Origin: a virus
Virus record (IMG/VR): IMGVR_UViG_3300032214_001486
Span: 40,975-104,974 of that record
DNA length: 64,000 bases
Direction: 5' to 3' (one strand)
Every line of letters begins with the position of its first letter. Position 1 is the first letter of the stretch. Both the position numbers and the translations under genes were made by a program. This document shows positions 48,793 to 59,006 of the stretch, in pieces. The notes under the pieces are model-generated. The model saw only the letters and a list, made by a program, of their open reading frames with translations. It was not told the origin of the DNA and ran no database searches.

Positions 48793-49175
48793 TACTGTTT
48801 TCCCTTACGCTTTTTGAGTACAACGTAGCCGCCGATCAAAGCCAACCCCAGCACCCCACCGATAATGAGGGGCCAGGGGGTAGCCGCGGGGGGCGCCGCC
48901 GGGGCTGCGACCGCGGGGGCTTGGGCCGGACGGGCCCGCCGACGCCCCCGGCGACGACGGCGACGGCGCAGGGATGCAATCTGCGTGCCCGCGCCGACAG
49001 CCGACGACGTGAGCGTTGACAATGCCCCGGCCCGTTCCTCCGTAAGCCACGGTGTTTTCGCTGTTTTAGTAGCAGCGGCGGCAGCGGCAACGGCCGGCGC
49101 AGCTTCCCCTAAAGCCAGAAAGCCAAAGTGACCTTCCGCCACGGGGAAGCTGTACGGGCTCGGGTTAAAGCGCAT
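48792..49175 (-). CDS. small C-terminally anchored membrane protein with poly-Arg
   Basis: RRRRRRRGRRR, Ala/Pro linker, PWPLIIGGVLGLALIGGYVVL-KKRK. Confidence 0.75.
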   Translation of the reverse strand: MRFNPSPYSFPVAEGHFGFLALGEAAPAVAAAAAATKTAKTPWLTEERAGALSTLTSSAVGAGTQIASLRRRRRRRGRRRARPAQAPAVAAPAAPPAATPWPLIIGGVLGLALIGGYVVLKKRKGKQ

Positions 49176-50596
49176 TAGCTCTGCTTACCCTCTTTCTTGC
49201 CGCTCATGGTGACGAAAAGCAGGATAGCGGCACCAACGCCGACCGGAATGGCCCAGGAGGGCAGACCGCTGGTTTCTTCCGCGGGAATTTCACCTTCCGG
49301 GGCGGGCGCCTCGACCACGACCGGAGCAGCGGCAGCCGCCGCCTTCCGCCGCTTTTTGCCCTTCCGGCGCTTCTTTCGCCCGATAGCACCCGCGACGTTG
49401 GTTGCCAGCCCCGCGGCAAGGGCGACGCCCTTTCCAATGGCTTTGCGCCGAGCTTCCCGGTAGCTTTCCCAAGTACCAATCTCACCCGTGATCGCGTTCC
49501 ACTTCTTCGCGTCCGATTTCTTGATCAAGGTGCCGGTGGGCAGCGCCTTGACGTTGCCACTGACACGAATTTCAATGGTGCCGTCCATAAACTGCCGATA
49601 AACGTAGCCCCCCGAGCCCGCCACATCGCGGTACTGGCTCTTTTTGGGGGCCTTGTAGAGATCGGAGGGGTCCGCGGGCGCGGCAGGCTCGGCGGCCCCC
49701 AGGACCATATCGAGATCGGCAAGGTCAACGCCCGCGTATCCCGCGAAACGCGGTTGATCCTGGCGGATATAGGTGCCCGACCCCATGTAGGGGTAGGTGC
49801 CCCCGGTCAGATCGCGGGGAACCTTGGGGGCCGCCGCGTAGGCGCTCACGTTGGGGTCGCCCCGGCGCATGGGGCTTGTACCTTCCGGCCCGTCAAACAT
49901 TTGCGGGGGAAATTGGTGGCCCTGGGCGGGGTAGGGCGGAACGCGGTGCGGAGCCGGAACAGCGGGCGGGGGAGTCCGCAGGATTAGGCCCGAAAGGTCG
50001 CCGGGCGTGCCGGGCGTGCCGACGGTGCCGGGATTGCCAAAGGCGGCAACCGGCGTGCGCTGCACCATCGCGTTTGCATAGGGTTGAACCGCCGATTGCT
50101 GGGCAGCCTGCTGGGCGGCCTGCTGCTCAAACGCATAGAGCGGGCGTACATTGGTGTCTTGGAAAATCGGCGTGCCGCCCGGCATCTTGTAGAGCGGCTG
50201 GGCGGCGGGGGGCCGATAGAGGTTTTCAGTCGGCTTGACCGCAAAAACAGGGCGAGCGTTCGGCGTAAACATCGCCTGCTCGGCCGATGCTGCCCGGACA
50301 ACCGCGGCGGGCGCAGAAGTCGAGGACAGAGCCGCGGCAGCGGCTTGGGTAACACCCGCCGCTGCGTTGGCCCGCTGTTGGAGCACTTGTAGCTGTACTT
50401 CCCCCTGAACGGCGGACTTTGCAGCTTGTGCGCTCTGTTTTTCTTCGTATTCAGGCGATCCATCGGAGCTTGGCACTTCACCAAACCCCCATTGACCGTC
50501 GAAAGCGTTGATAGCAGTTAGCTCCCCGTTTTGCAGGTCAAAGCCATACACACGGGGGTCCGCGTCAGTGTCATAGGTCGGTACAGAACTGCTCAT
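49175..50596 (-). CDS. C-terminally anchored membrane protein
   Basis: Low-complexity N-terminus, FAGYAG, basic run, LPSWAIPVGVGAAILLFV. Confidence 0.72.
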   Translation of the reverse strand: MSSSVPTYDTDADPRVYGFDLQNGELTAINAFDGQWGFGEVPSSDGSPEYEEKQSAQAAKSAVQGEVQLQVLQQRANAAAGVTQAAAAALSSTSAPAAVVRAASAEQAMFTPNARPVFAVKPTENLYRPPAAQPLYKMPGGTPIFQDTNVRPLYAFEQQAAQQAAQQSAVQPYANAMVQRTPVAAFGNPGTVGTPGTPGDLSGLILRTPPPAVPAPHRVPPYPAQGHQFPPQMFDGPEGTSPMRRGDPNVSAYAAAPKVPRDLTGGTYPYMGSGTYIRQDQPRFAGYAGVDLADLDMVLGAAEPAAPADPSDLYKAPKKSQYRDVAGSGGYVYRQFMDGTIEIRVSGNVKALPTGTLIKKSDAKKWNAITGEIGTWESYREARRKAIGKGVALAAGLATNVAGAIGRKKRRKGKKRRKAAAAAAPVVVEAPAPEGEIPAEETSGLPSWAIPVGVGAAILLFVTMSGKKEGKQS

Positions 50597-50603
50597 GGCG
50601 TTC

Positions 50604-50861
50604 TCACGGGGTTTTGGTGAGGTTGCAGGCGATCCCCGCGAGGAAGCGGGCGGCGGCTTTTCTGGTCGCCGGGTCTGCGAGAGGCCGACCTTTGAGGGTT
50701 GGGTGCCAGTCTACCATAGAGGCGTGGAGCCAGTCAGCCAAAACATCCGGGTCGGTCTGCACACCATTCATTTTGTCAGCCAACGCCTTTTCGATGGCGT
50801 TTTGCCCGTACTCGCCCAACTTTGCGAGAAGCGACATAATTGCAGGAGAAACACCAAACAT
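50604..50861 (-). CDS. hypothetical protein
   Basis: GGGGG RBS; co-oriented in the operon. Confidence 0.6.
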   Translation of the reverse strand: MFGVSPAIMSLLAKLGEYGQNAIEKALADKMNGVQTDPDVLADWLHASMVDWHPTLKGRPLADPATRKAAARFLAGIACNLTKTP

Positions 50862-50886
50862 AAACCCCCCTTAGTGCGTTGCAAAT

Positions 50887-50921
50887 AGGGGTTAGAGGTC
50901 GTGGATAGACCCCTAACCCCT
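50887..50921 (-). terminator. intergenic hairpin
   Basis: AGGGGTTAG-GGTC/GACC-CTAACCCCT. Confidence 0.55.
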
Positions 50922-50935
50922 GAATTGAGTGTCAA

Positions 50936-52396
50936 TCAGGCCGCGGAAGTAGCGCCGCTGGCCTTCTTGTCTTTGCCGTCCTTGCCCTTCTTCTTGGTGT
51001 AGATGTACCCGGCGGCAGCGCCGGCAATCAGAAGGAAGAAAATGGGCTTTTTGTAGAACGGGGTGTCCTCGCCCGCCTCCGGGGCGCCGGCATCCTCGCC
51101 GCCCTCAGCGCCCTCGCCGCCCTCGGCATCCTCGGCATCCTCGGCGCCTTCCGCACCCTCGGCGCCTTCATCCCCTTGCGGAGCGTAGCCGGGGCCCGCC
51201 GCCGGGCCGGGGCCCTGCTCCAACGGTGTCGAATTCGGGAAGGCTTGGAAAGCCCCGCCGCGCTCACTCACCTGCGAAGGCTGGAAAGCCGACGTTTGCG
51301 GAGGAATATACATCGGGCTGGACGGGGCAGAGAATTGGGCCATCTGCTGACGCATCGCCGCCAATTGCTGCTGGTACTGCGCCTGCTGGGCGGCCAAAGC
51401 CTGCGCCTGAGCGGCAGAAGCCGCCTGGGCCTGCTGCTGGGCCAAAGCCTGCTGCTGCGCTTGCATCTGAGCAAGCTGAGCCTGCAAAGCCGCCCGGCGG
51501 GCGAGCCGAGCCTGCATAATCGCGCCGGGTACACCAGGGAGGACAGGGGCCGGCATCCCCGGCATCCCCGGCAGAACAGGACGGGCACCCGCGGCGACAA
51601 CGGCCGGGAGCGCGGCAGCGGCAGCCGCGGGGAACGCAGCCGATGCACCGGGCGCACCCTTTAACCATTGGCCGATGTAAGCCGTCCGGTTCTTACGGAA
51701 ATGGGCAATCGCGCCGGCCTTAGACGCGGCGTTGGGCGCCGGCAGCGCGCTGACGACCTGCGAAACCGCAGCATCATAGCGGGCAACGGCTACACCCGTC
51801 ATGGGACCAGCCGCAAACAGCGGGCGGGTTGTCGCATAAATCCGCGGTTCAAGGCTGCGAATATACTGGACATACCGACCGTGGCGAACGCCCTTAATCG
51901 CGTCAATGCCGACCTTGCCCTTGGCTTCCGCGCGAGCCTTGGCCCGATCTTCCTTCTTATCCTTGCGCGACTTCAATAGCTCCAACGCCGCCTTTTGGCG
52001 CCGGGTTAGCTCCTTACCCTTGCTCTGCCGGCGCTCGACCCGGCGCTCGACCTTATCCTCGGCTCGACCTAATTTCTTCTCTAACCGTTCAATACGGCGA
52101 CCGTAACGACGCTTTTGCCCCTCCGTCTTAGCGTACTTTAGCTTTGCTTTGAGCTTGCGTAGACGACCTTGAAGGCGGGCGATATTCCGGGGGGTAACCG
52201 AGACACCAAGATCGGCGGACAATTCAAGGCCGTCGATCTCCTGCTCGATCTGACCCAATTCCAGGGACATTTTATCCGCGTCGAAATCGGACAGACCCAA
52301 GGCGTTGCCGAGCGGGCCGCGAATGTTAATCGCCCCCGCAAAGTCCATGAGGGCCAAGCCGCTTAGCGAGTAAACGGCGGGGAGTAGGTTCACCAT
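50936..52396 (-). CDS. C-terminally anchored membrane protein with basic coiled coil
   Basis: LSG/FAG/LG-rich N-terminus, K/R coil, Q/A region, acidic EGA repeats, terminal TM. Confidence 0.75.
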   Translation of the reverse strand: MVNLLPAVYSLSGLALMDFAGAINIRGPLGNALGLSDFDADKMSLELGQIEQEIDGLELSADLGVSVTPRNIARLQGRLRKLKAKLKYAKTEGQKRRYGRRIERLEKKLGRAEDKVERRVERRQSKGKELTRRQKAALELLKSRKDKKEDRAKARAEAKGKVGIDAIKGVRHGRYVQYIRSLEPRIYATTRPLFAAGPMTGVAVARYDAAVSQVVSALPAPNAASKAGAIAHFRKNRTAYIGQWLKGAPGASAAFPAAAAAALPAVVAAGARPVLPGMPGMPAPVLPGVPGAIMQARLARRAALQAQLAQMQAQQQALAQQQAQAASAAQAQALAAQQAQYQQQLAAMRQQMAQFSAPSSPMYIPPQTSAFQPSQVSERGGAFQAFPNSTPLEQGPGPAAGPGYAPQGDEGAEGAEGAEDAEDAEGGEGAEGGEDAGAPEAGEDTPFYKKPIFFLLIAGAAAGYIYTKKKGKDGKDKKASGATSAA

Positions 52397-52422
52397 GTGA
52401 TCTCCAGGCAGAGTGTGTGGGC

Positions 52423-52451
52423 ACTATACAGAACGGTGGAACGAAAGGCAA
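52423..52451 (-). promoter_or_regulatory. sigma70-like promoter of the membrane-protein operon
   Basis: TTGCCT-N17-TATAGT with extended -10 TG. Confidence 0.65.
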
Positions 52452-52494
52452 GAGGCACGGTCAACCACCCCCACGGCGGACCTACTCCCCGACC

Positions 52495-52860
52495 TCAGTA
52501 CCCCGCAAGGTAGGCGGCAGCGCCGTAAATCCAGCAGAAGTTATACAACGGCTGGCCCTCGTCGCACAAGCGGAAAGCCTCACGGAATAGTGTATACTCG
52601 GTCAAGTCAGCCTTTTCGCCCTCAGTCGAGCCCCACGACCGTTGTGTGCGGCCAATTTGATCCTCCTGACGGACATGCAGGATCTCAGCCGCCTTCTCCA
52701 AAACAAGCAACAGCCGCGGATCTCGGGATCGGGCTGCGCGCATCCCCTTCTCAGAGAAGGTGTGATTACGCATTTCCATCGCTTCCATCGCCTTGCGGTA
52801 CGCACGCTCTACCGAGTGCAGCGTGATCGGCTCAGGTAGCTCAATTCCAGCGGTCCCCAT
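52495..52860 (-). CDS. hypothetical protein
   Basis: GGGGGG RBS; helical composition. Confidence 0.55.
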   Translation of the reverse strand: MGTAGIELPEPITLHSVERAYRKAMEAMEMRNHTFSEKGMRAARSRDPRLLLVLEKAAEILHVRQEDQIGRTQRSWGSTEGEKADLTEYTLFREAFRLCDEGQPLYNFCWIYGAAAYLAGY

Positions 52861-52886
52861 AGTGAATACCCCCCTTTGATTGTGGT

Positions 52887-53777
52887 CTATGTGCTTGACT
52901 TCGACCGCTTCGTTGCCAGGGTCTTAATCCCGGTGCGAAGGCGGTCCACTACAAACCCGGAAATCAAACCGACAATGATGATCGGAAAAAAATTGCGCGG
53001 GTGCAGCTTTGTAGTAACCTCTTTCCGTACATGCTGCACAAACGGAAGCGCCGGCCCCGCAGGGATGGGCGGAAGGGCCTCTTGGGCCTCCGAGGCCATC
53101 GCGCTCGCCGCTGCCGGCATGAGGCTGGTGAATAGGGAGGAAGCGGCCCCGTAGCTGATAGAGGGGCCAGCAAGCTCCGGCAGAATTGAAGTCTTTTTCT
53201 TCTTGTGGTGCTGGACAACATCCCACCCTAAAGGAACACCCTGTAGCGTCGGCTCGGCATAGGCCCATTGTTTCGGTACATACGGGGGCCACCCGACCAC
53301 GACATAAATATGCGACCACGAGGCACGCTTTTTGGGTGTGCCTTCAATCCAGCGCACCATTTCGTTGCCGCGCTTTCCCGATAGCACATAACGCCAGGGA
53401 AGTCGCATACTTTCGTAGAGCGCGGCCAAAAGTATCGCCATATCGTCACAATCGCCGTGGCCCACGTCCAGGGTCACCAACGGGTCTTGTAGCCGCTCCC
53501 CGCTTTCATTGGCGTAGTAGATCGACCCTTGAACCCAAGCAAGCATCGCCTCGGCCTGCTGCTTGTACTGTCGGGGCGGGATCTTCGCCGCCTTGCAAAT
53601 GTCAACGGCCAGCTTCGCAATCCGGGGGTCTTTGCCCCCTTTAAGGGCGATCTCCCGCAACGCCGCGATGCGCGTAGGGTCATCCTGATTTTTCCAAGTG
53701 GGAAGGTGGTACACCTTTGTCGTCGCGTCGAGATCGACTTGACGAGTAGGAAACACACCCAATTGCTGCATGGTCAT
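52887..53777 (-). CDS. transglutaminase-like cysteine enzyme (candidate maturation protease) with C-terminal TM
   Basis: GDCDDMAILLAAL (Cys), SHIYV (His), AEPT (acid); ATG at 53777. Confidence 0.85.
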   Translation of the reverse strand: MTMQQLGVFPTRQVDLDATTKVYHLPTWKNQDDPTRIAALREIALKGGKDPRIAKLAVDICKAAKIPPRQYKQQAEAMLAWVQGSIYYANESGERLQDPLVTLDVGHGDCDDMAILLAALYESMRLPWRYVLSGKRGNEMVRWIEGTPKKRASWSHIYVVVGWPPYVPKQWAYAEPTLQGVPLGWDVVQHHKKKKTSILPELAGPSISYGAASSLFTSLMPAAASAMASEAQEALPPIPAGPALPFVQHVRKEVTTKLHPRNFFPIIIVGLISGFVVDRLRTGIKTLATKRSKSST

Positions 53778-54055
53778 AGGGTCGCTCCGGTCTGGACAGC
53801 GGGAGAAGCGAGAACAGCGGCGGCTTCTGCCTTCTTTTTGCGTCGGGTCAGGACCAGCAGGACCACGCCGCCGAGCAAAAGAACGCCAGAGCCCGCCAAG
53901 GCAGGTACGAGCCAAACGGAGGGCTTCTTCTTCGGCTTCTTCTTCGGTTTCTTTTTCGCCGGGGTCGGAGCCGGGGCCGGGGGAGTGTTCCCCCAAGACT
54001 CAGACTGCGCGGAGGGCTGAAACTGAATGGGGGGCTGAAAAATGGCTTGTGGCAT
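53774..54055 (-). CDS. small membrane protein
   Basis: KKKP x3, TM helix, RRKKK. Confidence 0.7.
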   Translation of the reverse strand: MPQAIFQPPIQFQPSAQSESWGNTPPAPAPTPAKKKPKKKPKKKPSVWLVPALAGSGVLLLGGVVLLVLTRRKKKAEAAAVLASPAVQTGATL

Positions 54056-54129
54056 ATCCTCACCTTATCGTGGTGAAGATATGCCACAGGGGACCGGGGA
54101 AGTCAAGGGGGCTCCCCGGTGGGCCCCGC

Positions 54130-54717
54130 CTACTTCCGCCGACGCTTGCGCCGAACGACCAAACCTTGCGGTGTACCGACCATTTCCTCTTGATCGTTCT
54201 CGACCAGAGGCCCCGTCGTCACCGCTTCCGCAAGGTTGCTCGATGCCTCCTGCTGCATCTGCTCGGCCATCTGTGCAAGGTCATCCTCGGACACAAACGG
54301 TTCAATGCCGAGCGATTGCAATAGGTTCTGCGCCTTGCGGGCCACCTTCAAGTCGCGCTCGGCCGGGCTGACATAGACGGCTTCCTGCTCAATAATGCTC
54401 GGGGCATAGGCAGGGTCCAGGGTCAAACCCGCGTGCAGGGCGTCAACTTGGATCGTGATTGCCCGCAAGGCTTCGGCCGTTTGATCGGCCTGAGAGAGCG
54501 CGTCATAATTCTGGCGGATCAAGCCGTCCTTGACCTGCTGCAATTCCGTAAAGGCCGGGTTGACCTTCCGGTACTCCACCGTCACCTTCATCCACCCCAA
54601 GGGTAGCTCGGGCACCTCGTCGTCGCGGTTGGTGAAAATGTCCATCAAGTCGAGATCATCGTCGGTGGGCGACGACCCGTTGAGGGCGCAGGCGATATTC
54701 AGCCGCATCTTAGGCAT
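54130..54717 (-). CDS. hypothetical protein
   Basis: GGAAGGGG RBS; acidic body, basic tail. Confidence 0.7.
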   Translation of the reverse strand: MPKMRLNIACALNGSSPTDDDLDLMDIFTNRDDEVPELPLGWMKVTVEYRKVNPAFTELQQVKDGLIRQNYDALSQADQTAEALRAITIQVDALHAGLTLDPAYAPSIIEQEAVYVSPAERDLKVARKAQNLLQSLGIEPFVSEDDLAQMAEQMQQEASSNLAEAVTTGPLVENDQEEMVGTPQGLVVRRKRRRK

Positions 54718-54758
54718 GTGTTTCCCCTTCCTTCCGTGTGTTAGGCCCGCTCAGCGGG

Positions 54759-55502
54759 CTACTCGGCGGCCGGATCAGCATCGTCGGGCAGCCGGCACCA
54801 ATTGATATAGGGCGTGGTGTACTCCAAGTGATCTGCGAATTCTCGGTAGGCGAGGGCCGAGGCCACCTGCACGATATTTTCAGTCACTTGGCGGGCGCGC
54901 TTTTTGCCCCAATGCGGCACCAAAGCGAAGATCGCCTGGGTTAAGCCAGGGAAAGCGCGAATGTAGATCCAGGGAGCCTGCCCACCAAAATTGAGCATAT
55001 CCATCAAAGCCTTTGCCCGGTCAGGCTGGGGCTCCCCCTCAATGCCAAAATTGGTGTTCCATGTGTGGAGCAGCCCGTACCACGCATTGAGCCCTTCTTG
55101 GTAGAGCGGGTGTCGGTGCGTTGTCGGTTCCCCGATATTGCGAACGGACTCCGGGTTGAAAGGCGGCTCCCCGTCCCAGGACTTCGGTTCATTCCACACG
55201 TCCAAATCCGGCTTGATAGGCGGGGCCCCGGAAAGGGCCCTGGTCAGCGTAGGATAAGGATCGGGGGCGGGGTGTTTATCGGCGTGGCTGCCCGCTGCGT
55301 GTGCCTTGGGTGCGCCTTGGGTGCTGTAGGGTGCGCCTTGGGTGCTGTAGGGGTTGGGTGCATCAAGGCCGGCAGAAGCGGGGGGAGCCCCCCTTTCCTC
55401 GCGGGGAGCGCCAAAATTGGGGGGCGGTTCCCACCGCATTAGGGACTCCATGATCAGCACTAACTCTGCGATATTGTCGGTTTCAACGATAAAGAGCCTC
55501 AT
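54759..55502 (-). CDS. hypothetical protein
   Basis: ATGA coupling; PYSTQGA duplicated. Confidence 0.7.
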   Translation of the reverse strand: MRLFIVETDNIAELVLIMESLMRWEPPPNFGAPREERGAPPASAGLDAPNPYSTQGAPYSTQGAPKAHAAGSHADKHPAPDPYPTLTRALSGAPPIKPDLDVWNEPKSWDGEPPFNPESVRNIGEPTTHRHPLYQEGLNAWYGLLHTWNTNFGIEGEPQPDRAKALMDMLNFGGQAPWIYIRAFPGLTQAIFALVPHWGKKRARQVTENIVQVASALAYREFADHLEYTTPYINWCRLPDDADPAAE

Positions 55503-58216
55503 TCCTCACCTTCCTCGGCGTCGTCGCCGTCGTCGTCGTCGTCATCATCATCATCGTCGTCACCGTCGTCATCGTCCTCGTCGTCAAAGACAATGCCCCA
55601 ATTCATATCGGGAACCAACGGATGCTCTTGGAGCAATTCTACCACGTCGAGGGCCGTGTCCTCGGTGGCCCCTGCGCGCAGTAAGCCCTGATAGACGGTA
55701 TCCTCTTGGAGTAGGACGTAAATACGCTTCTCCGCAGTCAGGGCGCGAATGATCAAGGCTTCCCAAGTGTCTTGGGGCTGCGACTGACACTGTTGTACCA
55801 ACGCGACAAGGGCCGCCTGCGCGGCGTTGCGATCCGAGGGGGACATGCGCTGGGGGCCGGCATTTTGGGCCGGAGCCTGCGCTGGGGCTTGGGCTGGTGC
55901 CTGAGCCTGGGCCGGGATGGACGGGGCTTGAACGGCCTGGGCCGGCTGTACCTGCTGAGCCGGCTGGGCCTGCTGGACCTGCTGAGCCTGGGGAGCAGCC
56001 TGCTGAACGGGTCGGGCTTGCGGAGCGGGGGAAACACCGACAAACGGGGCTTGAACGGGCCTTTGTTGCATCGGCGGCGGCTGCATGGGCGGCTGCTGCA
56101 TCGGCCGGGGCTGCTGCGGGGGCAGAACCCGCGGCATAGTCGGGTTCTGAACGCCCCCGACCATCCCCGGTGCCGGGAGGGCCATGCGGGTTTGCGGGGC
56201 GGGAAGGGCCCGTTGGGGTTGCGTACCCCCCTGGGCACGGCGCTGAGCGGCACCCGAGATCATCTTGGCCTTGGCTACCTCCCCCACGGTCATCATCACC
56301 TTGCCGGCAAGGTCCGCCCAAATTGGGGTATTGTCAGGCTCGGGGGGCGGCGGCGGGTTGAGGAACCGATCTACCAATTGCTTAGGCTCGACGCCCACCG
56401 CGGCCAGTAGGGCGGTCGCCTTTGCAATAGCTTCCTCGACAGAAGTACCCTTGACCGATTGCGCCGCTTGAACGGCCAATTGTAGCTGCATCTGCTGTAG
56501 CTGAGCCATCGCCTGCTCATGCTCCCGCTTCGCTACCTTTTCGTCCTCCAGCCGCTTTAGCTCTAACTCATGGGCGCGCTGGTCGGCCTTCTCTTTCCGC
56601 TCACGCTCGGCCTGCTCGATTTTCTCCTTTCGCTCCCGATCTTCCCGCTCTATCCGCTCCTTTCGCTCTCGCTCCTCTCGATCCAAACGCTCCCGCCGGT
56701 CCCGCTCCTCGCGCTCTGTGCGGTTACGTTCTTCTCGTTCACGCTGCTCAGCCTCAAAACGGCGGGTACGTTCCTCCCGCTCCATTTGCCGTTCCTGCTG
56801 AAATTCTTGGGCGCGGCGCAAAAGCTCGGCCTGAATACTCTCCGCTTGGGATTTCATCTGCGCGACTTGCAGCTCAATTCCCTGCTGCTGTAGCTTCGTC
56901 TGCGCCTCTAAGCGCATACGCTCCGCTTCAATCGAAGTCTTAGCCTCAGCCCGCTGCTTCTCAGCGTCAATCCGCATCTGTTCCAGACGGGCCTTAACTT
57001 CCGCCTCGACTACGGCTTGCCTGCGGTCATGCTCCGCCTGCTGGCGCTGGGCCGCCGCGGCATCGTCGGCCAATTGCTTCGCCAGCTTGCGATCAAACTC
57101 AGCCTGCTCACGGGCAAGCCGGGCGTTGATCGCGGCTTCCTCACGGGCAAGCCGGGCCTGCTCCCGCTCGATTTCAGACTGGAACCGCTTTTCCGTTAGC
57201 TCTTTGTCCAGCCGGGCCCGTTCCGCCTCTTTGTCCGCAGCGATCCGCGCAGACTGTACTTCACGGTCAGCGGCCTGCCGGGAAGCCTCTAAAGTCTGCT
57301 GGAAGAACGCGGCGCTATTGTCCGATAGCTGCTGGCTCTGCGCCCGCATTTGTTCCAAGGCCAGCCGTGCGCGTTCCTGCTCAGCCTGCATCGACTTTTC
57401 AGCGAGCGACTGAATTGCATTGGTGGTAACCGCGTTATTCTGCGCCTGTAGCTCGACCTCGCGGGAAGCGTTGAGGCGCGAACGCTCCTGCTCGGCTTGG
57501 GTCATCTGAAAAGTACGATCCATCGCACTCTGCATCAGGCCGAAAACGCTGTCAGGCACGGGGGGCGGGGCCGCCGGAGGCTGCGGGTAGCCGGGGTAGC
57601 CGGGGTAGCCAAAACCCCCACCGGGTACACCCAACATGCGAAGCTGGCGCTGCCGTTCTTCTTCTTCTTCGCGGGCTCGGAGGGCCTGCAATACCACATG
57701 GTCGGCGCCGATGGTCTTTTCAGTCTCGTGGCCGATCTCTTTGCCATCCCGGCCCAGCGGCCAAATCTTGAATATGGCCCGATCATCACCAGGGCGAGGC
57801 ATTGAGTTACGGAATTTCTTGACGAAATCTTCCTCCGTAGCCTCAGCCGGAATGGTGCCAAGGGACACCCAGGCGCCGTTATCGAGCTTATGTACCTGCA
57901 AACCCAGGACAGCCGGGTAGTTACCCCCCTGGACAAACAGCCGGGGAGAGGACGACCGGCCCGCAAGGGTAGAAATGCGGCTGTCGATGGGCGACTCGGT
58001 AGATACACCGCTAATCTCTACCGGGGCGTTGAGATTTTCTAACGGGGTGTCAAAACCTTCACCGTCGCCCCCTTCCTCAGAATTCTCGTCGTCCTCCTCC
58101 TCAAAAGCAGAGCGAAACCGGGGGGCCGGCGTCGGGCGCTCTGGCCTGGGTCGCCCCCTTGCAGGCCGAGTATCCTCAAAGGCGTTGTCGAGATCATCCC
58201 TACCGCGGATCGGCAT
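55499..58216 (-). CDS. large coiled-coil protein with P/Q-rich region and poly-Asp tail
   Basis: About 350 aa of E/R/Q/A heptads; terminal D-run; ATG at 58216. Confidence 0.8.
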   Translation of the reverse strand: MPIRGRDDLDNAFEDTRPARGRPRPERPTPAPRFRSAFEEEDDENSEEGGDGEGFDTPLENLNAPVEISGVSTESPIDSRISTLAGRSSSPRLFVQGGNYPAVLGLQVHKLDNGAWVSLGTIPAEATEEDFVKKFRNSMPRPGDDRAIFKIWPLGRDGKEIGHETEKTIGADHVVLQALRAREEEEERQRQLRMLGVPGGGFGYPGYPGYPQPPAAPPPVPDSVFGLMQSAMDRTFQMTQAEQERSRLNASREVELQAQNNAVTTNAIQSLAEKSMQAEQERARLALEQMRAQSQQLSDNSAAFFQQTLEASRQAADREVQSARIAADKEAERARLDKELTEKRFQSEIEREQARLAREEAAINARLAREQAEFDRKLAKQLADDAAAAQRQQAEHDRRQAVVEAEVKARLEQMRIDAEKQRAEAKTSIEAERMRLEAQTKLQQQGIELQVAQMKSQAESIQAELLRRAQEFQQERQMEREERTRRFEAEQREREERNRTEREERDRRERLDREERERKERIEREDRERKEKIEQAERERKEKADQRAHELELKRLEDEKVAKREHEQAMAQLQQMQLQLAVQAAQSVKGTSVEEAIAKATALLAAVGVEPKQLVDRFLNPPPPPEPDNTPIWADLAGKVMMTVGEVAKAKMISGAAQRRAQGGTQPQRALPAPQTRMALPAPGMVGGVQNPTMPRVLPPQQPRPMQQPPMQPPPMQQRPVQAPFVGVSPAPQARPVQQAAPQAQQVQQAQPAQQVQPAQAVQAPSIPAQAQAPAQAPAQAPAQNAGPQRMSPSDRNAAQAALVALVQQCQSQPQDTWEALIIRALTAEKRIYVLLQEDTVYQGLLRAGATEDTALDVVELLQEHPLVPDMNWGIVFDDEDDDDGDDDDDDDDDDDGDDAEEGEE

Positions 58217-58269
58217 TTGTACCCCCCTTTTTGGCTTGTGAACAATGCCAATCCCACCCCTAACCGCCT

Positions 58270-58298
58270 TTGACAATAAGGCAAGAGTAGGTTACATT
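58270..58298 (+). promoter_or_regulatory. sigma70-like promoter
   Basis: TTGACA-N17-TACATT. Confidence 0.65.
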
Positions 58299-58316
58299 TA
58301 TAGTGAGAGGTACTCT

Positions 58317-59006
58317 ATGTCTATACTAAAAAAAGTCAATGAGAACCTGCGAGCTAAGTCACAGAGTGACCAAGCCCTTGATAAGCCTGCGATTGGTATT
58401 AGTACGATTGCCCCCGGCTCTGCTGTCATTACGGAGGTCTTTCGGCCCTACGCTCCCTTGCCGGCGGCGCCGGTCGTGGCCGAGCAGCCTATCACGGGCC
58501 CGCCGGGCGAGTCAAACGCCCCCAAGAAACGGCGTGTGGGTAGACCCATGAAAGAGGCCGATCTTGTGCCGGGAGAAAAGCTGAAACGCGGCGTTGCGTC
58601 AGCCGTCCCCGGCGTTGTCCGAGACAAGATCGTGTCCTTTGGTGCGACCGCCTATGAACGGGCTGTACTTGTCGAAGAAGCCCTGCGGCTCGACATGAGC
58701 TTGTCGGCGATGCTGCGTCAAGCCGTGTTCGCGGGCTTGAACATCCCCCCACCACACCCCGAGAAGATCGAGATCCAGGGCCAAGGCCCGCTGGTCCGGG
58801 GAGCGTGGCTGGACAAACTAAAGAACCTAAATACGATGGATGATGTGACCCGGTTGATGAAAACCCTGGAAGTGATGATGAAATCAGAGGGAGGGCGAGA
58901 ACGGGTCGAACAGATCCTCAAAGAGCAGACCCGGAAACGAAAAAAGCTAAAGTCGCAGGAAGGCGAGAAATCGAAAAAACCTAAAGTCAAGGGGAAAGGA
59001 ACGTGA
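58317..59006 (+). CDS. putative DNA-binding regulator (AT-hook-like plus RHH-like)
   Basis: RRVGRPMK; IVSFGATAYERAVLVEEALRLDMSLSAMLRQAV. Confidence 0.6.
   Translation: MSILKKVNENLRAKSQSDQALDKPAIGISTIAPGSAVITEVFRPYAPLPAAPVVAEQPITGPPGESNAPKKRRVGRPMKEADLVPGEKLKRGVASAVPGVVRDKIVSFGATAYERAVLVEEALRLDMSLSAMLRQAVFAGLNIPPPHPEKIEIQGQGPLVRGAWLDKLKNLNTMDDVTRLMKTLEVMMKSEGGRERVEQILKEQTRKRKKLKSQEGEKSKKPKVKGKGT

Noticed and set aside
55499-58216. Tail tape-measure or TolA annotation
   Set aside because: Only generic coiled-coil composition; no tail genes, TM segments or TolA C-terminal domain.
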